From a virus, in the IMG/VR virus record IMGVR_UViG_3300033182_000678, positions 1 to 64,000 of that record: a stretch of 64,000 bases of DNA; one strand, given 5' to 3'. Made by a program: the position numbers and the translations under genes. Shown piece after piece: positions 19,550-27,964 of this stretch (positions are counted from its first letter, which is position 1; each line of letters opens with the position of its first letter). The notes beneath the pieces were generated by a model that was not told the origin of the DNA, made no database searches, and worked only from the letters and a program-made list of their open reading frames with translations.

Positions 19550-19988
19550 CGTTTCTTTTTTGTTTCCTTGGTTTTTTATCTGGGTCTCTTGATACAAAGT
19601 CCCATGTCTTTTTGAAATTTTTTATACCCTCAACTATACCTGTACTTGGGTCACTGTATGTCCAACTGAATCTTGAGTATTGAATAAAGTTATTTTCATA
19701 TACATTTCTTGGTATCACATCGTACCAAATAAAAAATACTTGTTTATCAAAAAACTCTGGTCTAATAATTGTCTTCTGTGGTTTCTTAGTTTCAGTTTCT
19801 CTTTGTTTTAAAAACTGACTCAACCTACTTAAATCTATTTTCTCAGTATCTCTATCGTACCAAAAATAAATTGTGAATTGGTTTTGAACTACTTCATTTC
19901 CTACATTGGACAACTCATCTAATACTTCTTGTTCCCATGGTTTGTCAATAAAGTCTGATAACTTTAATCTTAATGTTGGTGTAATCAT
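19524..19988 (-). CDS. hypothetical protein
   Basis: ORF, TAATG-coupled to upstream gene. Confidence 0.6.
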   Translation of the reverse strand: MITPTLRLKLSDFIDKPWEQEVLDELSNVGNEVVQNQFTIYFWYDRDTEKIDLSRLSQFLKQRETETKKPQKTIIRPEFFDKQVFFIWYDVIPRNVYENNFIQYSRFSWTYSDPSTGIVEGIKNFKKTWDFVSRDPDKKPRKQKRNDDESSNHR

Positions 19989-20821
19989 TATAAATCCTTA
20001 CATAATCTACATTTTTTGTGTTTCTCACACTTTTGATAATCTTTGTCAATAATATTACCATTTTCATCATAACACTCAGACATAAATTCATCAAATCTTG
20101 TCATAACCTTATTTATACTTGGTTTTCCACTTGCAGGTGTGAATACTTGGATTCTCTTTTGTGGATATGCGATATTCTCGTATAATCTTCTCTTTAATAT
20201 TAAATATTCAACATCTATTTTATCCATTGGAATTTCTGTTTGGTCTGAGAAATATTTCTTGTATAATAATAATTGATTAGTTTTGTTCTTGTCTGCCTTT
20301 TGGTATTTATTCCAACCCATTGTAGCAGTTTTGATATCAATAATCTTCACACGACCTGTAACTTTATTATGTATAACCACATCCATGTATCCAATGAAAG
20401 TTAGTTTATTATCTAACTTCTGATTTAAGTCTAACTCAATACCAACTAATTCTGTATTCTTCTTAGGAAAGTAACTACTCTTTCTTTTTAAGAACTCATC
20501 AATGATATTAATACCATCTTGAAAAAATTCTTTCATTTCTTCTAATGAAACATCAAAGTCATCACCATGTTGTTCCTTAGATTTCTTATAGTTCTCTTCC
20601 ATTCTGTATTGTAGTATGTCATGTAGTGGTAGAGAATCTGCATATTTGATTGTCTTATTGTAGTAGGCAACTAAGTATGCCTGTATGGTTTCATGTATGG
20701 CAGAACCAAATAAGGTATAAATATTACCATAAAATGTTGTTTGTTTATCTACATAATCAAGTTTCCATGTGTATGGACATTTGTCCCACTTGGCGAACTG
20801 ACTATAACTTATTCTACTCAT
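19988..20821 (-). CDS. PD-(D/E)XK exonuclease (RecB/Cas4-like)
   Basis: SYSQ..C, GSAIH, GYMD, IIDIKT, QLLLY, terminal Cys cluster. Confidence 0.85.
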   Translation of the reverse strand: MSRISYSQFAKWDKCPYTWKLDYVDKQTTFYGNIYTLFGSAIHETIQAYLVAYYNKTIKYADSLPLHDILQYRMEENYKKSKEQHGDDFDVSLEEMKEFFQDGINIIDEFLKRKSSYFPKKNTELVGIELDLNQKLDNKLTFIGYMDVVIHNKVTGRVKIIDIKTATMGWNKYQKADKNKTNQLLLYKKYFSDQTEIPMDKIDVEYLILKRRLYENIAYPQKRIQVFTPASGKPSINKVMTRFDEFMSECYDENGNIIDKDYQKCEKHKKCRLCKDL

Positions 20822-20925
20822 CTATAATAGCTCTTCCTTTCATTTCTTCCGTTCATACTACACCTAACAATGTATAAATTCTTTCCCCGAAGTTCTTCCT
20901 GAATACGATTGATTATTTTGCCCAT
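20818..20925 (-). CDS. possible 35-aa small protein
   Basis: MGKIINRIQEELRGKNLYIVRCSMNGRNERKSYYR fills the gap with an ATGA overlap. Confidence 0.35.
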   Translation of the reverse strand: MGKIINRIQEELRGKNLYIVRCSMNGRNERKSYYR

Positions 20926-21293
20926 TTCCCTCTTTGAACTACTTGTGCCATTACACCATAATTGGAAATATCACTATAACTATCAATCAATGGTTCACCC
21001 TCTACGGCATTTTCAGTATTCCTCATCAATAGAGTTTTAATTCTCTCTACCTTGTCATTTATGCGGAAAAACAATCCCAATAATGATAATCTTATGTCTT
21101 CTTTAGTTTTGAGTATCGTTCCTACTGCGACATTGGAAGGCCCATAATCAAACTGCTTCTTACAAAATAATTCATATTGTTCTCGTTGTATTGCTTTGAA
21201 CTCACCTGTCATTTCAGGATAAGTTTCTTCCATATACTCTATGACATCCACACTCTTTTTGTTACCCTTAGGCGTATCCTTGATAACTTTCAT
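20913..21293 (-). CDS. DUF1599 / nucleotide-modification-associated domain protein
   Basis: KQFDYG, RINDK..R, DSYSDISNYG. Confidence 0.75.
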   Translation of the reverse strand: MKVIKDTPKGNKKSVDVIEYMEETYPEMTGEFKAIQREQYELFCKKQFDYGPSNVAVGTILKTKEDIRLSLLGLFFRINDKVERIKTLLMRNTENAVEGEPLIDSYSDISNYGVMAQVVQRGKWAK

Positions 21294-21318
21294 ATTATTC
21301 TCCAATTTATCGTATGTT

Positions 21319-21348
21319 AATATACAAAACTTTTACTATATTTGTCAA
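21319..21348 (-). promoter_or_regulatory. sigma70-type promoter TTGACA-N18-TATATT
   Basis: Perfect -35 hexamer. Confidence 0.65.
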
Positions 21349-21353
21349 GCACT

Positions 21354-21914
21354 TTATACAATTTTATCAACAATCCCATATTCTAAACATTGTTCTGAGT
21401 CAAAGTAGGAATCATTTCTTCCTGATAACTCCCAAAACCTTGCATCTTTTTTTGTAACTTCACCAAGTAACTCATTGATATCTTTTTGTAAATCTTTTAA
21501 ATGGTCAACACCTTTCATCACATCTGTAGTTTTACCCGCCTCAAATGCTGAACCCTCATGAACCATTACGGTTCCATGTTTTGTCATTGTTCTTAAACCT
21601 GTACCACATGATAATAATACTGATGCAGCACTCATACAAGTTCCAACACAATGTGTATTTACCTTTACATCTAATCCTCTAATATAATCCACTAACCCTA
21701 ACATTGCATAAACATCACCACCATATGAAGAAATGTTCAAATTGATTGGTGTATTTGGATTAACTCTTTGTAGGTAATCAAGTTTGATAATTGTTGAATA
21801 TAGTGAATCAATATCAAACTCATAGTTCATGTAGGTGGTATTGGTTTTTGAATTAACACCCCACTCCATTTCCTTAATATAAAATGATTCTTCATCTCTA
21901 AAATTGTTTCCCAT
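21354..21914 (-). CDS. clpP: ClpP-like protease
   Basis: ISSYGGDV, CMSAAS (Ser), MVHE (His), YGIVD. Confidence 0.85.
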   Translation of the reverse strand: MGNNFRDEESFYIKEMEWGVNSKTNTTYMNYEFDIDSLYSTIIKLDYLQRVNPNTPINLNISSYGGDVYAMLGLVDYIRGLDVKVNTHCVGTCMSAASVLLSCGTGLRTMTKHGTVMVHEGSAFEAGKTTDVMKGVDHLKDLQKDINELLGEVTKKDARFWELSGRNDSYFDSEQCLEYGIVDKIV

Positions 21915-22345
21915 TATTTACTCCATATTGTTTTTAGTTGTTTGTCTTCTACACCAAATTTCATTATGATTGTTTCTACTTGTTGTGGTGTTAATATTTC
22001 CAAGTACTCATCTACTTCCTTTGAACTACATTCAAAATATTCACACAAATATTCCATAACCCAAGTGTTCACTTTAGACTTATGTTTTGATTTTGTGTAT
22101 TTAAGAAATGTTCTACCCTTTGGTAATATATCAATATAAAACTGATACACATTCTTAGGAGCCAACTCCCAATACTTTTGTATCTCATTCACTACTTGAA
22201 TCCACTCTGGTTTCATTGATAGAAATCTATGCACCATATAGTTTGAGAATGTTTTTTTATCACCCTCACTTAATGTATCCCAATATGTAGGACTCTGTAC
22301 ATTTGTGATTTGTTTTACATGGTCAAATAAAGATTTAGTCTTCAT
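21914..22345 (-). CDS. clamp loader small subunit (T4 gp62-like)
   Basis: LFD..., YMVHRFLSM, LPKGRTFLKY, YFECS..E..EY. Confidence 0.7.
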   Translation of the reverse strand: MKTKSLFDHVKQITNVQSPTYWDTLSEGDKKTFSNYMVHRFLSMKPEWIQVVNEIQKYWELAPKNVYQFYIDILPKGRTFLKYTKSKHKSKVNTWVMEYLCEYFECSSKEVDEYLEILTPQQVETIIMKFGVEDKQLKTIWSK

Positions 22346-23024
22346 TTTTTACTACTTTCCAACCTGACTTTTTAATAATATTATCACTTCTACCTTTCCA
22401 ATAAAAGAACTCACCATCAAATGTAAAAATATCTTTTGTATCATAATAATCTTTATCATGATTTGATAACATAGACTCACCTCTTAAATGTAAAGTTTTA
22501 TCCAACATGATATCCCAACCACTAATAAGTCTCATTCCAAGATGTATATCATCACCATCAGTAAAGTTAGTTCCCATAACTACTGGTATACATTCTGTAG
22601 AACCATAACCATGCATTACTTTTTGTACACCCAACTCTAACATAAACTCTATATCATCTATTGATGTTTCTTCTGCACCTATCAACAAGTGTTCTATAGA
22701 ACTACAATTCGGTCTTAGTCCACTTTCTTTTAACATTCTTACCATTGTAGGTATTAATATTAATTTTGTAGGTTTTAAATTTATCATTTGTTCAAACACA
22801 TCAGTTGAAAACTTATCACTATATATAGTTCCACCAATTTGTTCCATAGGTCTTGCCATAATATATGACCCAATTGTATGTCTTGGTATAAAATCTAATA
22901 GTACATCTGATTTATTCAAGTTAAATACTTCTATATTTGAATTGATTGAATGTTGTAAAGATTCTTCACTATGTAAAACTTCTTTTGGTTTTCCTGTAGA
23001 ACCTGTTGTATTAAATTTGTTCAT
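22335..23024 (-). CDS. minimal ANL-superfamily adenylation (AMP-binding) enzyme
   Basis: TTGSTGKPK (A3), GYGSTE (A5), YDTKD (A7), GRSDNIIKKSG (A8). Confidence 0.8.
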   Translation of the reverse strand: MNKFNTTGSTGKPKEVLHSEESLQHSINSNIEVFNLNKSDVLLDFIPRHTIGSYIMARPMEQIGGTIYSDKFSTDVFEQMINLKPTKLILIPTMVRMLKESGLRPNCSSIEHLLIGAEETSIDDIEFMLELGVQKVMHGYGSTECIPVVMGTNFTDGDDIHLGMRLISGWDIMLDKTLHLRGESMLSNHDKDYYDTKDIFTFDGEFFYWKGRSDNIIKKSGWKVVKNED

Positions 23025-23463
23025 TTATAACTCTCCCTATTAATTTATTAAAATCTGACCAAAATAGATAACATGGTGCATCATCTCTGAAACCAAATCT
23101 ATTTGGATTATTTTTTTCTATAACTTTATTTTCATGTAACATTTCTGAAATTTTTATTGTTGGTGAATCAAAAGTGGTTGACCACCAAAGTGTTTTTGTA
23201 TTTGGATGTAACCTCTTTGTTAACAATAATATTTCTTTTAGTAGAACTTTAGTGAGATTTTTTTTTCTCTCTTGTTTATAAATATAAAAGTTTCTTGTGT
23301 TAATGACATTTTTTTTACACCAAATATTAACTAATCCAAGTGGTCTATCTTCAGTACTAAATTTAAAAAATCTCATCCCTTTTTCATAAAAAACTTCAGG
23401 ATTATCTTCTTGTATCTCTTTAAATTCAGTATACTTTATTTCCTCTACCAATATGCATCGCAT
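23011..23463 (-). CDS. putative GNAT acyltransferase
   Basis: FYIYKQERKKNLTKVLL resembles GNAT motif A. Confidence 0.55.
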   Translation of the reverse strand: MRCILVEEIKYTEFKEIQEDNPEVFYEKGMRFFKFSTEDRPLGLVNIWCKKNVINTRNFYIYKQERKKNLTKVLLKEILLLTKRLHPNTKTLWWSTTFDSPTIKISEMLHENKVIEKNNPNRFGFRDDAPCYLFWSDFNKLIGRVINEQI

Positions 23464-24866
23464 GTTATAACCGAATTATTACTTTCACCTGCGTGATATC
23501 TATCTTCTGTCTCTAAGTCTAATGAATAATATAAAGACTCTGAAGTTGTTAATGATATTGATGATACTGATTGTGTTGTGAACCCATTCACTACAAATGT
23601 ATCATTAACTTTGACATCTCTTATAGGTTTAAATTGATATTTTGAACCACTATAGACCATAATTTGGTCTTCAGGATTCACTCTTGTTGAATTATTTAAT
23701 TCATAATAACCCCAACTTGGTGTTACAACCAAACTATTTACTGAACTTGTTGATTCACTAAAGTCACTTATAGAACCTGTCCAATTACCTTTATCAATAA
23801 TAAATTGAGGCCAAGTCAACTTAGCTACTGATGACTGAAATGCAGTGTCTCTTTTTGGATAATTGTTAATCACTACACTCTTAACTACATCACCTGAACT
23901 AACATCACTAATTCTTTTCACCGAACCATCTGACATTGATACTGGAGTGTTACCCTCAAAATGTCCTGTTTGCCATATCCTTACATTATTAGAATCATAA
24001 ATATTAGTATTTTGTGAACCAATAGTAGTTGAACCACTTGGTTGACCAAACTTTCTGTAGTTGGTTACATAAGTTTCGTTTCTTGTAAGGTATTTGACAC
24101 TACCACTTCCAATCAATATAACACTCCTAAAAGCTCTGTACCTATCGTTATCTATTTCAGGTTCAATATATTGTTCTACATAATCAAAGTTATTGTAAAC
24201 TTGATTCCTATCTTCTGTAAAATCTGCAAAAGATACACCTACTCCCATATCTTCAGTTGGGTCTTTGATAACAACATCAGGTACATTTGTTGGATTACTA
24301 AATGATGATGAAATATCCCTACCGAATGCAGGAAAGAAATCTTCACCTAAACTACCTGTTATAAAATTACGAAAGTTAGTCTTGTTCTCACATAATACAT
24401 CAACATTATGATAATTTAAATGTCCTTGTCTTAATACATAATGTGTTGAAGATGGTGTTGGGATAATCTCATCCCATAAATTATACTCATGAGTAAATGT
24501 ACATCCTGAAGATGACAAACTTGAACTTAGGTGTTGTCTAAAAATATCTAAAGTATCTTCAACTCTTTGTGGTTCTATATTGAAGTTCAAATAGTCTTCA
24601 TAAAAAGTACATGTAGTGTGGCCAGAACTTGTAATATGACTGACTAACTCAGGAACATCAAACATTACTTTCATTCTACCACTTAACCCAACATTAGTGT
24701 TCATCTCTAATAGTTTTATTGAGCCACTTTGTGGTATCCAATCCATTGCATATAACATACCCTCATGTTCACTATCCCAATAGGCACTACCAGTAAACAG
24801 ATTTCCTATCTGTAAACTTTTTTCTTTTAATAAATTTGCGTAATTTTGTCTTTGTGAATCATTCAT
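23445..24866 (-). CDS. circularly permuted ATP-grasp ligase fused to a degenerate C-terminal Hint domain
   Basis: D...LLEMNTN near N-terminus, VIK...DMGVGVSF, EQYI; Hint-like FEGNTPVSMSDGSVKRISDVSSGDVV...YSLDLETEDRYHAG. Confidence 0.7.
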   Translation of the reverse strand: MNDSQRQNYANLLKEKSLQIGNLFTGSAYWDSEHEGMLYAMDWIPQSGSIKLLEMNTNVGLSGRMKVMFDVPELVSHITSSGHTTCTFYEDYLNFNIEPQRVEDTLDIFRQHLSSSLSSSGCTFTHEYNLWDEIIPTPSSTHYVLRQGHLNYHNVDVLCENKTNFRNFITGSLGEDFFPAFGRDISSSFSNPTNVPDVVIKDPTEDMGVGVSFADFTEDRNQVYNNFDYVEQYIEPEIDNDRYRAFRSVILIGSGSVKYLTRNETYVTNYRKFGQPSGSTTIGSQNTNIYDSNNVRIWQTGHFEGNTPVSMSDGSVKRISDVSSGDVVKSVVINNYPKRDTAFQSSVAKLTWPQFIIDKGNWTGSISDFSESTSSVNSLVVTPSWGYYELNNSTRVNPEDQIMVYSGSKYQFKPIRDVKVNDTFVVNGFTTQSVSSISLTTSESLYYSLDLETEDRYHAGESNNSVITCDAYW

Positions 24867-24881
24867 ATCTATAAATATTGA

Positions 24882-26294
24882 TTATTTAAGAAAGTTTTCA
24901 TTTCTTATCCAATCGTAACCCACATATCCCATTTTCTTATGTATATTGATTACTTTGTTACTCCAACCATCAACATATGCTAAATCATATTTTATGTTTT
25001 TTTTAATGAGATAATTAGTAATGTAAGTGAACCAGTGTTCTATTAACTTACCATGTTTCCTTGAAGTTCTATATTTAGGTAAACATACCCAATACGCACT
25101 ATAAGAATGGTCTTTAGGTAAGTCCATATCAATGTTCCAACCATGGTCATAAAAAGTAAACTCTCCCATAAACCACCAACTCCATTGTATCAATTTACCA
25201 TCATGAAACATTGCACATAAACTATGTCCATCTTGTATTCTTTTCTTTGCAGTTTCTAAATCCCATAACCAAGTTTTTCTTGTCTCTTCATTAATCCATT
25301 CCATGTTCATTCTATCCCACTCCTTGAGTCCTTGTAGAATTTCCCATGTCCATTTATCAAGTTTCTCAATAGTATCAATATCTTCATAAACAACATCACC
25401 AATATCTGGTTTTTGAATTTTATGCTGATGTATAGGTCTTATACTAAACCAATAATTCTGATGGTTATCACATAACCAACCATTAGATTCATCAATTATA
25501 CTTTTTCTAAGTTCAGTTTTAAACTTATCATCATTAGAATAATTAAAGTTAATTGAATCAAAGTCAACTTTCTTATTATATTTACTCAACACATCTACAA
25601 ATCTTTCTAATCCCCAACCAAAACATGCAGTCATTTCAGATTCATGTATGTTAAACTTATCAATAAACTTTCTACCATGTAGATTAAATGAACCTATCGC
25701 TACATGTCTATCCTCATTAGGAATCCATGCTCTAATCTCAATCTTAGAACCACTTTTGATTTGTACTTTTCTTTTTAACTCTGATTTATCTCCGAAGAAT
25801 GGGTCTGATGCCACCTCATAAAAATAATCAATACCAAAGTGTTCCAACATTTGTGATGTCAAATGCATTGCCTTGTTTAAGTTATCCTCACAATATTTCT
25901 CAGTACCAACAAACACTATCTCTGATATAGTGAAGTTAAACATTCTTTCTAAATCAGTACATTCCTCTTCTATTCGTGTACATTTACTTGTCATCACATA
26001 TGATTTATTCAATATACTTTTACCTTGTAGAAAACTATAACAATGATAACATCCTGTAGGTGAGCATATTCCTTTTTCTTCACCATGATATGAATTAATT
26101 ATAGATACTTGATTTGAGAATGATTCCATGTAACCTGTTTTATAGGCATTATCCATTGATAAATGTGATGGTGTCCATAGTCTTTCAGAATTGAATTCTT
26201 CTGACATTTTGTATGTTAGATTCTCTAAACCAACTAAACTCTTAACTATGTCACCACTTATTACTTGTAGTCCATCTCCAACTTTAGTATACAT
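24882..26294 (-). CDS. SerRS-like amino acid:[carrier protein] ligase fused to a C-terminal GNAT-like domain
   Basis: SPTGCYHCY, KCTRIE, ERMFNFTISEIVFVG, ASDPFFG, GSFNLH, TACFGWGLERF; C-terminal VCLPKYR...N...IHKKMGY. Confidence 0.8.
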   Translation of the reverse strand: MYTKVGDGLQVISGDIVKSLVGLENLTYKMSEEFNSERLWTPSHLSMDNAYKTGYMESFSNQVSIINSYHGEEKGICSPTGCYHCYSFLQGKSILNKSYVMTSKCTRIEEECTDLERMFNFTISEIVFVGTEKYCEDNLNKAMHLTSQMLEHFGIDYFYEVASDPFFGDKSELKRKVQIKSGSKIEIRAWIPNEDRHVAIGSFNLHGRKFIDKFNIHESEMTACFGWGLERFVDVLSKYNKKVDFDSINFNYSNDDKFKTELRKSIIDESNGWLCDNHQNYWFSIRPIHQHKIQKPDIGDVVYEDIDTIEKLDKWTWEILQGLKEWDRMNMEWINEETRKTWLWDLETAKKRIQDGHSLCAMFHDGKLIQWSWWFMGEFTFYDHGWNIDMDLPKDHSYSAYWVCLPKYRTSRKHGKLIEHWFTYITNYLIKKNIKYDLAYVDGWSNKVINIHKKMGYVGYDWIRNENFLK

Positions 26295-26533
26295 TACTCA
26301 CTCGGTTGAATTTGACTCATCATCTTTGATGGAATACTTCCACAATTACCACATGCAAATACTTGAATCGGAACTATTGCCTCTTTACCATTTGGACTCA
26401 TCAATGCAGATATTCTTTTCAAAAAGAACGATTGTATGAAAGATGCATTATTACATTCTTCACATAATATTGTTTCAGTATCACTAATATCTATTGGTTG
26501 TGGTGGGTCTTGGTATTTTCTATCTTTACTCAT
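26294..26533 (-). CDS. small Zn-ribbon protein
   Basis: CEEC...CGNCG. Confidence 0.7.
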   Translation of the reverse strand: MSKDRKYQDPPQPIDISDTETILCEECNNASFIQSFFLKRISALMSPNGKEAIVPIQVFACGNCGSIPSKMMSQIQPSE

Positions 26534-27453
26534 TTTACTACTCCTATTAGTTCAGTAAACATCGCCATAATATTTATCTCTTTATCCACAACCACTGCAT
26601 CACTTTGTTGATATTGAGCTAATAATAAAATACACTCCGCCACATGTCCTCTACCCCAATCATCTACGGTATCAAATAATAATCTGAATAAATCAGAGAA
26701 ATCTGTTACTTTTGAATCTGCCAATAGTTGTCTTATATTTTTAAACGAATTCTTTTTATCTTGTGTTTTTAGTATCTCTAACACTTTAACTTTGTAGTCA
26801 TTCTGAATACTCATACCCTCATCAATAACTAACTCACCATTCACCACTTGTCTCTGTGCACCATTAATTACTCTTCTTAAATCAGGAAAACCACTATTAA
26901 CTATAGTTACAATATCATTAACATCTGCCTTAACTCCCTCTTTAGTTAATATATCAGATAAGTGAACTGCAACTTGTTTTCTATCTGGTGGTATAATCTG
27001 AAATGATTGACACCTTGATTGTATTGGGTCAATGATTCTCTCAACATAATTACAAGTTAAAATAAACCTACAATGTTTTGAGAATGTTTCCATTAGATTA
27101 CGAAGTGCGGCCTGTGATGCAGGTGTAATGTAATCTGCCTCATCAAGTATTACAACTTTCATATTGGAAAACCCAATAGTAGATGCAAAGTTCTTTACTT
27201 TGTCTCTGACCATTTCAAGTTTCCTTTCATCAGATGCATTGATATATAGATAATCACATTCTATATTATTAACGAGTAGTTTTGCCAAGGTTGTTTTTCC
27301 ACCTCCTGCACGCCCATATAATAATAAATGTGGTATATCGCCTGATTCAAGATACACTTTCACTTTTGATTTTAAGTGTTCGTTTCCTATAAATTCATCT
27401 AATGTTCGTGGACGATACGATTCCACCCATAAACTATTTTTTATACTATCCAT
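26530..27453 (-). CDS. clamp loader AAA+ subunit (gp44/RFC-like)
   Basis: WVESYRP, GRAGGGKTT, NASD, DEAD, SRC. Confidence 0.95.
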   Translation of the reverse strand: MDSIKNSLWVESYRPRTLDEFIGNEHLKSKVKVYLESGDIPHLLLYGRAGGGKTTLAKLLVNNIECDYLYINASDERKLEMVRDKVKNFASTIGFSNMKVVILDEADYITPASQAALRNLMETFSKHCRFILTCNYVERIIDPIQSRCQSFQIIPPDRKQVAVHLSDILTKEGVKADVNDIVTIVNSGFPDLRRVINGAQRQVVNGELVIDEGMSIQNDYKVKVLEILKTQDKKNSFKNIRQLLADSKVTDFSDLFRLLFDTVDDWGRGHVAECILLLAQYQQSDAVVVDKEINIMAMFTELIGVVK

Positions 27454-27521
27454 CTATTTTATTACCCTTTTTAATATTATCTATTGCTGGTATAAATTGT
27501 AGGTTTTATTTCATCCATTAT

Positions 27522-27964
27522 AACTTTCTCCAAATCCAAATTGGTTCACAAAACTTTTTCCCATTTGTCGTTGGAGGTCAATTTAAAGGCCCCTATAAAT
27601 ATCTGTGACCATTGGTCGGGCTCTATTAAACTCAACCATAAATGTCCTTCTTCATGTTGATATAAATAATAAGTGTGTCCTAAGATTGGTGTAAAATTAT
27701 ATTTAGCCTCATAAACTAATTTATTCCACTCATATTCTTTCATCAACTTGATATATTCTTCTTTTATCTCATTATATCGGGTTTCAAAATAATGATTAGT
27801 TGATACCATATGTTCTTGTTTCCAAGAACTAATATTAGTCGGTTTTATCGCTGGAGCACCAACATTGCTCCCATAAGGTAAAATACCAGGATTATCAACT
27901 ACATTGTCTGATTTCTCCTTTTTTTTATTCACAACTTTTTCCAAATCCAAATTGGTTCACAAAA
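27522..27964. repeat. 32-bp direct repeat (27522-27553 and 27933-27964, 1 mismatch) flanking the DUF2452 gene
   Basis: aacttt(c/t)tccaaatccaaattggttcacaaaa read at both sites. Confidence 0.85.
27546..27950 (-). CDS. DUF2452-like protein
   Basis: LPYGSNVGAPAI, F.PILGHTYYLY, LSLIEP.QW; start may be GTG at 27932. Confidence 0.75.
   Translation of the reverse strand: MDLEKVVNKKKEKSDNVVDNPGILPYGSNVGAPAIKPTNISSWKQEHMVSTNHYFETRYNEIKEEYIKLMKEYEWNKLVYEAKYNFTPILGHTYYLYQHEEGHLWLSLIEPDQWSQIFIGAFKLTSNDKWEKVL

Noticed and set aside
19988-20821. Cas4 as part of a CRISPR-Cas system
   Set aside because: No cas1/cas2 or array in the window; stand-alone nucleases of this type are common in phages
23445-23970. 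Active intein in the ATP-grasp protein
   Set aside because: Lacks the C1 nucleophile, block B His, terminal Asn and a C-extein
27477-27518. 13-aa ORF MDEIKPTIYTSNR as a gene
   Set aside because: Better explained as a relic of the duplicated methyltransferase/clamp-loader junction
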